Assembly: GCA_001938485.1 (NCBI GenBank)
Contig: MQRK01218689.1
Location: forward strand, 9,258 to 66,293
Reading direction: 5' to 3'
DNA: 57,036 nt
DNA from: Girardia tigrina
Lineage: Eukaryota
Below the pieces are notes generated by a model. It was not told the DNA's origin. It saw nothing but the letters and a program-made list of their open reading frames with translations, and did no database searches. The position numbers and the translations under genes are program-made. Shown here one piece after another: positions 1 through 11,770 of the stretch. Position 1 is the first letter of the stretch; the number at the start of each line of letters is the position of its first letter.

Positions 1-169
1 CATTCGTAAGAGTAGCTTCTACCATGTCTACCAGCAAAAATAAAATTATGTAATTATAACACACAAAAAGATATGGTGTCTATATTACGTGTTCTCAAAT
101 AGCTGCCGCACCCTGTAATATATTTAGTATAATAAAGAGAATAAAAATGTTATATAATTATTATTCCTG

Positions 170-3100
170 AGACACCTTCTTTAAAAGGCTTCAGCCTTTC
201 GATATTTCTGCGTATTATTCGACCAGTTTTATTCCGCATCTTCAAGAAAACAATCAGGTCCTTTATTAATGATTTCATACGGTCTCTCGTAACAATCCGA
301 AACATTTTGTCGATTTCCTATTTTCACTAATATCCAGTCTCCAACATGAAATTCCCGTTTTGTAGTAGTTGTCATTGGTTTTCGAATCTCTAATTTTAAT
401 TTTTTCAATGACATTCTTGTTATCCAAACGTAATGTTTAAAGCCATCAAGAAACAATCGTTTACCTAAAATTGGTTTTCGAATCTCTAATTTTAATTTTT
501 TCAATGACATTCTTGTTATCAAAACGTAATGTTTAAAGCCATCAAGAAACAATCGTTTACCTAAAATTATTTCCGCCATATTACTTTGTATTGATGCGTT
601 CATACTGAATTCTATTTTTGTTAATAAATCTACCGAATTTCTACTCCCGCTTTCTTTAGTGTCGCGTTTAAATGCATCTCGAACATTTCAGAATTTTCTT
701 TCTATTTTTCCTTTCGAACTATAGTGGTAAGGATTCGAAAATGCTATTTTAATCAATCGTGATTTCTTGAAATCTCTGAATAACGGAGATTAATATAATT
801 TCCCCTGGTCCACATGAATGCAAGCTGGGGCCCCAAACCTAAATATCCACGTCTATTGCACCATGTTTTGTCTTTTCATCTTGCATATTTACTGCTGTAA
901 GACTAACATGTCTACTGAACATGTTTATTATGCCAAGTACATACTTTTCCCGTTAATGGTTAGCATCGGTAAAAATAATCCATGTAAATATCATCCAAGG
1001 GTTAATCTGTTATCAGATTCATTGTTTGTTTTTGTTTTCTTTCCCGTGTAAGTTTTTGCATAACATGTTGTTTATGACCATATTTTCACCTTTCCAATTT
1101 TATAAAACTCTTCCAATTCATATTCTTCTTTCAAAAATAAGTACCTTTTATTTACCCATTACAAAGGGCTTTATAAAAAATAAAACACCATCCTTTTTGA
1201 ATTCTTTCTGTATCCAAATCTTGTTTTCTAGCGTTCTTATACATCCTCCATGTTGCTTAAATCTTGTTTCTTTCCCTTCTCTCATTGCATTAATAATTTC
1301 TCTAATATCCATACTATCTTGTTACCACGGGACTTAATGAGTATCTTCAGTTGTTGCTAACGTTTTCTATTTACCCTTTTTTAGCTTGTTCGTGATGTAT
1401 AAGACATTGCAAACATGTCATGCAATCTTTTCCAGATAATGTGTCTGAGTTTTTTTAGTAATTATCCCTTTTCAATAATATAATTTTATGTCCAGACTAC
1501 TCAAAAAATTCCTCCAATTCTCAAATTGTGGGGTGATTGGCTTTTTTTCCGTCATCCTAAACTCGATCGCTTTATGGTCTGTCCATAATTTGAACCGGGA
1601 CCCATACGTGTAATGCTGAAAATGTTATATAAAATTGAAGATAGCAAATATTTTTCCCTCGTTATGCAATATCTTATCTTGTGTTTCTACATTTATTTTG
1701 ATCTCTATGTAATCACCTGTTTTTCCCTTTCATCATTTTTCTCTGACAGTACTGCTCATATGGTGTTAAGGGACGCGTCTGTGTCTAAAATAAATGCTTT
1801 TTCAAAACTTGGATAACACAATATCGGAGCTGATTTTAATGCTTCCTTCATTTTATGAAAAGCTGCAGAGTGGGCTTCCGACCAATGCTTACCATCTTTG
1901 AACTTGCACATATTTCTTCTAATATTTTTGCATAGTTTCAGGAAACTACTTAATTTTTTCATATATTTTGGCTGTTCAAATTCCATAATTGATTTATATT
2001 TCCGTTGTCTGTCTTGATTCCATCTCTGTTTACTATATGACTTAAAAAGATCAACTCTTCCTTAAAGAATTCGCCTTCTTCGGGATTTATTCTCAGTCAC
2101 ACCGCTTCTATCCGTGTAAATAGTTTATCAAATCAATCTAAGTGTCGTCAAATAAGATGTCATCCAAATAAACAATGGCTTCCTTCCACAAAATTTCTTT
2201 CAAAAAGTCCGTCATCAGTTTCTGAAACGTCACCTGAGCTGCTGCAATACCAAATACAATATTGCCCCGTTTTAGTTGAAAATATCGTTTTTACCTTTGA
2301 GGACTTTTCTAATTCCACTTGGTAATAAGTATTCCCCAGATAAATGTAACTGAACTATTTCATATCCTTCAGTGAGTCCAATATCTCATCAATGTTCAGC
2401 ATAAGAAATGCAGGTCTCTCTGTAACTTGGTTCAATAACCTAAAATCCAAACATAAACGGATTTCCTATTCCTCATTCTTCAAAACACCGGAGAGAGTGT
2501 TCATATCTAAAATGCACACTATATCAGAATGGATATATGCGGTTTCTGAATACAAAAGTACAAAAGAAAAATTAAATTTATAGGAATGAATTAAGTTATA
2601 CGAATGAATCAACAAGTTTAAAAATATTTTATGGGTGGAAGATGGGATATAGGGAAGATGAGGCTGGTTAAACACAGAATTCACACATAAAGACAACAGA
2701 TTGTAGAAAAAACCGTTGAGACAGCCAAACCACCTGGAATGACATGTAAATGATGCTATCAGAAGTCTTGAAAGAAAAATGATAATAGAGAAATGCTTGT
2801 CACTATAGAATACACCAATACAACCTATAATACATCCTATCATTGTGAAGCAGAATTCACAAAGCGTTGGATTGTTCACCCACTAATAGGAAACGTGAGC
2901 TGCGTTTAGACCGTCGTGTGACAGTACGAGAGGAACCACAGATTCGGATCACTGGTAAATGTGCTTTACCCTGTGTAAAGTTGTCTAGAAATTCCCATTG
3001 AATATGTCTAGTTTTTCTACAATTGAAACATTCAATCACCTTATTCGCTGGCAGCTGGTATCTCTGTTGGTTTCTTTGATCATAAATTTCATTTTGTTTT

Positions 3101-3980
3101 ATTAATTCCGTTCGGAACTACCTTATTTGTTGGAAACGGGTTGATTTCCAGAAATTTGATTTCCCCCACAACACATTTGCAAAAAATTTTTTCTGGTGTA
3201 ATAATGCAATCTCGTTGGATTGTACTTCAAACTCGGAGTCCGGAACTTCTGCTTCTTGCATAAAAAATTGCGTCCTGATTTATACATCCTCGACACAGTG
3301 AGTGAGGTAATGGATGATTAATTCATGTTTGATTCACTTGTATATTAGTACTCTGTCCATTTTTTTGTCAATTTTGTTGATAATTACTGTCACTGAGTTA
3401 TTTTTTCTCTCTCTCCTGAGTTATTCTCCCTTATTATATGCTATTAACTCGTTGAGATCCTTGATTTGAGGCGATGACCGCTTTAAAGCTCTTCTCAATC
3501 AATCCTTGAAATCTGTGATTTTGATATCAACTGTTTCGTACGTGGTACATATATCTCTGTCCATGAAAGCTTTAACAACTGTCGCTTGTATAGTCTAATT
3601 ATAATTACTGAAGATATAATACAGAGACTAAAAAAGTGAAAGACAGATAATTTCTTCATCAAATTTATAAACCTTTTAATTTTCAAAATTAATTTAGAAA
3701 TTCTTAACATAAGGAATGAAGAAATATCGCCTTTGAAAAGTAAATTATTTGTTCTGTTGTTTGTATTTAGTGAAAAATTTGTTTTTTGTTATTTATAATT
3801 CAAAATATAATCTGAAAATATAAATATTAATTCTTGATTAAAAATGGAAATAACATCTCGAACAAAACCTTAGTTAAAAATAAAAAAAAGGAAAAGAGAA
3901 AGAAAACAACTAATTAGAGTAAAATTAAATGATGTATTCATATTTCAGTAATAAAATTTAATTATAAGCCACACTCTGAC
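170..3980 (-). mobile_element. Degenerate Ty3/Gypsy LTR retrotransposon (gag-RT-RNaseH-IN), internally rearranged
   Basis: Minus-strand motifs in Gypsy order: Zn knuckle (IECFNCRKTRH, ~3030), RT (EIRLCLDFRLLN...AIVYLDD, ~2150-2480), RNase H (APILCYP...FILDTDAS, 1756-1986), integrase and C-terminal (FHVGDWILVK...ERPYEII, 229-603). Many stops and frameshifts. LTR limits are approximate. Confidence 0.9.
2835..2966 (+). rRNA. 28S: 28S (LSU) rRNA fragment, pseudogenic, with internal deletion
   Basis: tcctatcattgtgaagcagaattcacaaagcgttggattgttcacccactaatagg...gtgagctgcgtttagaccgtcgtg matches the conserved eukaryotic LSU domain V core; agtacgagaggaac is the sarcin-ricin loop. Confidence 0.9.
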
Positions 3981-6009
3981 AATGTCTTCTATTAGCTGCC
4001 GCTAGTTTGTATTGATTTGTTGAGCTACTATGAGGTTCAGACATATTTCCCGAGGAAGTATCTGATTCAAACTCTTAGGTACACACAATTTTAAAATTTT
4101 ATTGTAATACAAATTTCTATTTACTATTCAGAAACCTTTATAAATAAATAAATTGTAATATAATAAATATGATTATGTTATAATTTTGGTTTAAATTTTT
4201 AGAACCTCACAATTTTAAAACTATAATAATCTGACAAGTTTGTGTTTGGTACGTGAGTAGTCCAATGCAATAATCCATTAGCAAAACTAAGCTATTTTTT
4301 TTCTTTTCATCTTACGACCTACCCTTTCATCTTTATCATGTACATTTCTATGACTTTTCACTCAGGGTATTTATCTGTATTTTATTTTATTGTTTTTTTA
4401 TTTTATTGTTTTTTTTATTTTATAATTTGTGTATTATTATTTTATGTAATATCAAGCGTCGATCTATGTGGCTGTGTCTGGTGTTATGCTTATTTATTTT
4501 ATTATTCTTTTTATCTTATTTTATTTATCTTATTTTTTTATTTAACAAGAAGAAGAAGGCGAAGAAGAAATAATTAAGAAGTTAGAAAGGTTAAAAAAGA
4601 AACTAGAATTATTTATATTAAATTATCATAAAATACATAGTTGTGATAATTTAATTATAAGGACAATTTTGAATTCAAAATTGTAATCGATGGAAATATC
4701 GATTTTCAGAAATAAAATTATTTAATAAAAAATTACCTGACGACGAATTATTGTTGTTAGTAAAGTTCAGCATATACTCTTGACTATTTTGACAAGTTCT
4801 ATTCCGATTATCTATCACAAATTATTTACTATTTTGAATCCAAATACGAAACCGAATTATTTATTATTTTTCCTGCCAAATCAGTAATTTGACAATTACA
4901 AAATTTATCATAAAAAAACAGCTGTATTATTTTTGATTAGTGACAATATTTTCAACAAGTACGGTATTTCTATTTCATTAATTGAATCGTTGTATTGTGT
5001 ATTAAAAGTGTTATATTAAAAATCGTTCGGATTCTGTCTGCAATTTAGTTTATAAAAAAATTACAACTAGGTTCACCAAACATCGCATTTTGGTTAACCT
5101 AGTTTGTTAGCTGAAGGATTATTACATTATCTGTAAATAAATAATATATCGTTGAATTGGTTGTTTTTATAAAAACATACAATTTCTAGTGTCGGGGTTC
5201 TTTTTGGTGATCTTTAAATTTTTGATATTTTTAAATTTTCGATATTTTTAAAAATCATATTTATATTTTAAATAAATCAAAAATAATATTCGATTAATTA
5301 AAATGAAATAATTCTCTAAATAAAAATCTTTTTAAATTCTTAAAAATTTAATTCCATAAATAATTGATAAAATATAGATATATAAATATATTAAAAATTT
5401 TATAAATTTGAAAATAATTAATTGTTATAAATAACCTCTAAAATAAATATTTAAAACCAAAAGTTTTAAAACAGTTATAAAAAATATATATCTTAATTAA
5501 TTTTAAAAAGTTAATTCCATAAAAAATTAATAAAATATAGATATATAAATATATTAAAAATTTTATAATTAAAATCTCTATTAAATAATAATAAATTTAA
5601 ATAGTGATTAATATTTGTGTATTTTAAAAAATCGTGATTTGTATTTCAAAAATAAAAATAACATTTTCTGTATTTCAAATTTGTGAATTGTATCTTAAAG
5701 TTGTAAATTGTTTTTGCAAATTTTTGTTAACAACAAATAAAATGTTTTATTAAAGAGAAATAATTTATAGTTTAAATTATTAATAATCACTATGTTTAAA
5801 TTGAATTTTCAAAAATATTTTTAAAAATCTAAATTTATGAAAAATTGAATAAAATAACATATTTATTTATTTATCGATATTATTATGTATATTTAGAATT
5901 TTTTAGATCTGGATTATGTAATTGAAATAGTTCCTCATAAATTTGTTTCAATAATGAAAATTGTAGTATAAATAAAGTTTGCAAAATTATGAATTCTGAT
6001 TTCAATCAC

Positions 6010-7000
6010 GAACCTAATATCTAGATTTTTCAGTTCTCTTTTTCTTCAGGATATTGGAACCCATTGATCTCAGCAACAAACAATTTCTAGTATTTAGAAG
6101 TGATTGTTCAGTGGAAATGTTTAACATGAGGGATAAGCTGTTCGAAAATATTAGTCGCTGTCTACCGCGACCTCTAGCGCTAACAATATTTCCCGTGGTA
6201 CTTACATTTTCTAATCCTTCTTTTATCATGAAGTGGTCAAAGAATTTCAATTATATTTTTCTCTTATGGCCATGATACATTTTCCTTTTTTTTAAGTGGA
6301 GAGTGTAAATACGTCTTCATCAGAAATATGACTGATCTTACTAATTGTAATCCTTTGATGTAAGAAATGGATCTCAGCTGCACTAATGATCTTCTCTATT
6401 TCTTGTAAAATCTCCAACATTCTGAGTTATATAAAAAAACATAAAAAGTCTAAAATTCTTGAAATCTTAGCTTTATTGTCGTTGTTAATTACTATTTATT
6501 CATAGAATTTTCATTTTGGAGCATTCAATGTTAACCTTCAATTTTAATTTGTTTGTTCTTTTGATAATATCTGCCATTAAAAGTGGTTGAACTTCCAAAA
6601 GAATTGCAACTGGTAAAATGTTTCACTTGTTGTCTAATGATAATGATAGTACAAACAAGGTGCTATCTTTTTATTACTCAGGACAATGTATATTTTTCTT
6701 GACATCGATTAACAGTCATCTTTGTTATGTTTTATTCAATATTTTGTCAACGATTGCTTGAAGTTTCTTAATAGATTCAGCCATGAGAGATGTATCATCA
6801 GGGGTAAATCTTAACAATACATCTTGTGTTGTTAATATTTACTCATCCAAAAGTTAATTTTCTGGTAAATCTATAATCATTTTCATAATAATTATACGAG
6901 TCTGATGAAAGCACATCCTTCCCTAACTTCTTTATTTATTTGCACAAAGCTCTTCAATGTGTCATCAACTCTTACTACTGCTTTCTGACTTCAGTAAAAA
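6010..7000 (-). mobile_element. 5'-truncated RTE-clade LINE (RT and C-terminus)
   Basis: Minus strand LRFTPDDTSLMAESIKKLQ (~6750-6815) and RTE-type tail KFFDHFMIKEGLEN...TGNIVSARGRGRQR (6014-6250). Confidence 0.8.
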
Positions 7001-7109
7001 CTGTTCAATATAAATATTTATCTAAACCTTTTATTAGTTATTCATGATATTTTTCATCGTTTTTATTTATTAGTTGAAAATTCTAAAAATATGTTAGTTA
7101 TAAAATTTT

Positions 7110-8390
7110 AAAACAAAAGATACGTCTTTTTAAAATATATTTTTTCATGATAATACACCTATCCCCCGATTTACACGGTACTTGTTTTACACGTTTTCGC
7201 TTTTACACGGTTTACTCGAATCTATCGAAGTATTTCAAGCACATAAAGCCTTTTTTCCCGAGTCGCTTTTGAAGCTAGATGTTTTGGAATAAATGTTATT
7301 TTAAAAAGGTCTTCTTTTTATTTAAATGTTAAAATCTCTTAAAAAATTAATATACATATTATTGAAATATAAAAAAATATTATATAACATAAAAAAATAA
7401 TTCTTACTTTACATAATAACACATTACAATTTCCATAAAATCGCTGCTTGGCTCAATATGAAGAAGTTTACAAAGATCTTACAAAAAATTCGAAGCAATT
7501 GTTAATAACCGATTTTATTACCATCTCTCATAATGTAAATATTTCTGCTTCAAACATCGAATCGACACAAATAACTTCGAGTGATGAAAGTGCATTCGAA
7601 CTTTCGATTCCGAAAAAAAGAATTAGAGTAATTTCTGACATTGATGAAGGATAATAAACACCTTTGGTTTTATTTTTTGTTCTTCTGTTTAATGTATTGT
7701 AATTAAATAAAAAAACAGTGTTTCCGTAATATATTACATATTTTAACTTGTCAATACATTTTATTTTTATTTCTGTGTACACCTAAAAATATTGAAAAAC
7801 ATCACAACTGGTAAATTGCAAAATTATACATTTTCTGCAAGCTTTTCGATTTATATGGTTTCGACTTGAAAATTTTTAATTTTCGATTTAAACGTTTTTC
7901 TCAGGGACGTATCTACCGTGTAAATTAGGGGATAGTTTTATATTAAATTGATGATTGTTTAATCTATTACATAAAGTTAATCGCAAACTCTTAGCAAATT
8001 GGTTGAGAGTGCCGTTTGAACATCAATTTTAAGGTCACGAGAATTTATTAACAAAGCTTCACCCGAAAATATCTCCCAAAAATAATTTTTGAATTGCTTG
8101 CACAAAATTTTGATGTCATTTATGTACCTTCAATATATATGGCTTTGTAACCATTGCACTGATAATAATAATAATAACCATTGCAATATACTGATAAACC
8201 ACGTCAAAACGTAAACTCAAGGGAGTATGTGATTTATTATAAAACATATTTTCCACTTTGAATGACTGATAAATAATTTTGAAATTTTAAAGATTATTTG
8301 TTGCTTTGATAATTGAATTCTTTAGATGTTTGAATACTTCAGAAAAAGGTAAACTCAATATAAAACCTGGAATGAAAGAATTTGCAATCT
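7110..8390 (-). mobile_element. Penelope-like element (PLE) fragment, GIY-YIG end, interrupted by a pogo element
   Basis: Minus strand QSFKVENMFYNKSHTPLSLRFDVVYQY / CNGYKAIYI. 7110-7155 plus 7940-8130 align with the reverse complement of 14985-15280. Confidence 0.7.
7156..7938 (+). mobile_element. pogo/Tigger-like internally deleted DNA transposon
   Basis: TIRs cacctatcccccgatttacacggta / taccgtgtaaattaggggatagttt flanked by TA. Residual transposase C-terminus YEEVYKDLTKNSKQLLITDF (7448-7654). Confidence 0.75.
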
Positions 8391-8429
8391 TAAGACCCTT
8401 CTTCACTTCCTCCTTCACTTGTTCATTTA

Positions 8430-8545
8430 TAGTTGAAATAAACTCTCATGTCTCAGTCATTTAAAGTTGAAAATGTATTGAAATAAATCACCTACCACTG
8501 AATTGGTATTCGGACGTGATTTAAAAGTATAAGTGTAATGGCTAC
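8430..8545 (+). mobile_element. PLE fragment (GIY-YIG N-part), cut by the Gypsy insertion
   Basis: Plus strand QSFKVENV...SDVI*KYKCNGY, homologous to the minus-strand copy at 8200-8280; ends at the Gypsy 5' LTR. Confidence 0.65.
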
Positions 8546-11500
8546 TGTAAGAGAAGGTTGTTGTTAATTTTTTAATTTTCAGATATAAGAATTTTGGTTT
8601 TTAAAAATTTCGAATTATAATCGAAATTAAAAAAATAATAGAAAATAGAATTAAAAAAAAAGAAAATAAAAAAAGAAAATTTGTTTAAATAACAAATTTA
8701 AACTGTTGTAGATTAATAAATTTTGCAAGTTTTTATTTTTTTTGATTTAGAATGGAAGATAATTCCCAACCTAACATGGTGGCAGCGGTAGCGGATTCAA
8801 TCACGAACCGACTGATTCCAGACATATTCCAGATCGGAGAAGACCTTGAGAAATTTATTTCTCGCTGCAGAAGATATTTTGAAGCAGGGGAAATTAATCA
8901 AAAGAAATGGCAAACATGTATTTATTCAATGATACATGAAGATCTCTTGGAAGCATATGAGAACACAGCTGGTAAAGCTGATAATTTTGAGGATCGGTGA
9001 AGACTAGCGCTTGGGAAGCCGAGAGCGGCCGCGACGGATTGGGAAAAAACTGTTGAATTATCGCAATAGTGCTGATAACGCACAAACCTTTTTCAAAAAA
9101 GTAGACCGTTTGGTAAAAAATGCGTTGTCGCAAATACTCGAGGAAGAAGAGCTAAAAGCTCAAATGTTAATTCATTGCTTTGATGATGAAGATGTTATTC
9201 GTGTAATTAAATTACGGAAACTAAAGAATGCTAAGTAAATATCTGAGTTCGTTGCACTCGAAGACGAAATAAACCACGAAAAGAAGAGCAGGATCAATGC
9301 TGTCCGAAGTTATCGAGATGTGGTTCAAAACAGCAGGGCTCCTGAGATAACTAAAAAAAATGATTAAATCAGACTCAGCCGTGAAAACAACTCTCAAGAG
9401 TGGAATCAACCGAGTCCAAATGCTATACTTGTCAGCAACCAGGACATTTCAGCAGAAATTGCCAAGAAAGCAGATCTGTGCAGTGTTGGAATTGTAAAGA
9501 GACTGGGTACATCAGTCGAAACTGTCCTAACAGACAGCCATTGGTTTTTTTCTTGTGCGGATAGAAGGGACATAGGCGAACTCAATGTCCAGAGATACGC
9601 TGTGGAAAATGTGGTCGGAATGGGCATCTAGCAGCGGCATGTTTAGTGAACTTTAGCATACAGAATAATGGTTACGACAATGGAAGATCGAGAATGCAGA
9701 ACAATGATCGAAAATTTAAAATCAACGCAATGAACGAAGATCAAGAACGCATATTTGATGATAATGAAGAAAAAAACGATAAGACGTACCCAAACTACTG
9801 GGCTCCACCAATTGGAGAGTTGGTGGGAGCCGAGTGCCACTGATCATAGAAGATAATTCCCACGTAGTCGCATGCGAGCTGGATGTGCGAACGATGAATT
9901 AGGTCTATGGATTTGTGAGAAGAATTTTGAGCAACTATTCTATGTTTACGCATTGATTGAGGATCAGAAATCAGAGATATGTTATAGTAAAATGCAGGGG
10001 CGTCCGAGTGTTACAGTGGAAATTCAGGAGAAACAGTGGAAGTGTTTGTTGGATACAAGAGCATTTGTTAATGTTATGAATAAGATGTATTATCGAGATT
10101 TGAATAATTTGGTGTTAAAAACTGCGATATCAATTTGAGAGGTACCAACGATGGAAAATTGAAAGTATTGGGTAAAACAGAGGTAGAAGTAGATATATGT
10201 CAGACAAGGAAAGCAGTACCATTCATAGATGTAGAGAGTGTGGTTCCGGAACTGATAGGAGGCATAGTATTCATGAAAATTTTCGGTTATTCCATACAAA
10301 GGAACGAATCTCAAGACAATAATGTATCAAGGGAAGCACGTGGAAGTGTGTGCAACATTGAGGTGAAATTCGGCAGGGTGATAAGGCCAGAAGAGAGATT
10401 AAAAAGAGCGTCAGATTGCATAGGTAAAATAGATTCAAAACTGTTAATGGTCATTCAGAATCAGGCAGAAGTATTCATGGCTGATAAATGGGATATCGGA
10501 TGTACCAGTTTACCAAAACCTCATATTTAGACGAATGGAGAGCCAATTAATTTAAAACCTTTTTGTCAACCAATGCATCTCGAAGAAAAAATCATGGAGA
10601 CTATAAAAAATTTGTGTGATAATAATATCATTCGGAAGTGTAATTCACCTTGGAACACACCATCAGATGTTGGCACACGTGAGTGTAAGAAAAGTTGAGT
10701 ATTATTTAAGAACTCTAAGGATTTTGACAAGCTGAAAGGTAAGATCAAAGAGATTGTACGGAGTTGTGAATCATGTCAAAAGTATAAAACATATACGGCA
10801 AAGACAAAAGAGAACACGATAAAATTAGAAGCTGTCGAGGTTTTCGAATGTATTTATGTAGATATTTTTGGACCGTTGAATGAGACTTCTGCGAAAAAGA
10901 AATATATTCTAGGCATCATTGATCAGTTCAGTAAATACATTATGTTATTAGCAATGTCGAAACAAGATGAGGAGTCGATAATAAAAGGAGTAATGCGGAA
11001 TTGGATACTGAAATTTGGTTTTCCCAAGGCGATGAATGTGGATTGCGGAGGTTTTTGAATCAAAAAAGATGAAAGAGTTCGCAGAGAAACAGAATTTTGA
11101 AATTAGATTCTTCAGCCAATATCATCATAACACAAACGGACAAATTGAACGACAATTCCGTACAGTGAGAGAATTGATTAATGCAACATTGCATGAAAGA
11201 AGAAGTTCCGACTGGGCTGTGATTCAACCGGAAATCGAGTTCTCATTAAATGCCACATTACAGATGACTATCAGGATGAGTCAAGTTGAAATCATTTTCG
11301 GAAGACGTATTAGCAGGGAGAAATGGGATGGAAAAAATAGCAAGACATTTCAATATGAGCGGGACCAGGAGCCTATCACACGAAGACAATTCTTCCCAGG
11401 AGATGATGTATTGGTAAAAGTAGAATCTAGAACAAAAGATCAAGGGAGATACGACATGCCATATAAAGTAGTTCGAAAACTACGTGATAGAAGATATGTT

Positions 11501-11770
11501 CTTGAAGATATGTCTGGTAAAACATGTGAAAGAAATGTGGAGAAAATTAAAAAATTCTTGCGTGCAGGGGTATCAGAGAGTGTTGTTATTAATTTTTTAA
11601 ATTTCAGAAATAAGAATTTTGGTTTTTAAAAATTTCGAATTATAATCGAAATTAAAAAATAATAGAAAATAGAATTACAAAAAAAGAAAATAAAAAAAAA
11701 GAAATTGTGTTTAAATAACTGTTTAAATAACTGTTGTAGATTAATAAATTTTGCAAGTTTTTTGCAAGTT
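8546..11770 (+). mobile_element. Gypsy LTR retrotransposon lacking RT/RNase H (gag-PR-IN)
   Basis: 5' LTR 8546-8776 (TG...CA). 3' LTR from 11571, truncated at ~11770 by the LINE. Gag with four CCHC-type knuckles (9420-9645), protease CLLDTRA (~10050), integrase core (GIIDQFSKY...NVDCG...NGQIERQFRT, 10876-11629). Confidence 0.92.
8777..8789 (+). promoter_or_regulatory. Primer-binding site complementary to tRNA-Leu 3' end
   Basis: tggtggcagcggt immediately after LTR ...ctaaca; complementary to the ...ACCGCUGCCA-CCA end of metazoan tRNA-Leu. Confidence 0.75.

Noticed and set aside
2835-2966. Functional rRNA gene or R2-type target site
   Set aside because: Only ~130 bp with an internal deletion and substitutions; no flanking rDNA.
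4338-4577. Hydrophobic 79-aa ORF, and similar F/I/L/Y-rich ORFs at 20470, 39013, 55974 and 56509
   Set aside because: Translations of low-complexity AT-rich DNA with no motif.
5340-5570. ~65-bp direct repeat, with related AT-rich sequence near 34500-34850 and 56230-56420
   Set aside because: Probably an old dispersed repeat; ends cannot be defined, and it is not a CRISPR-like array.
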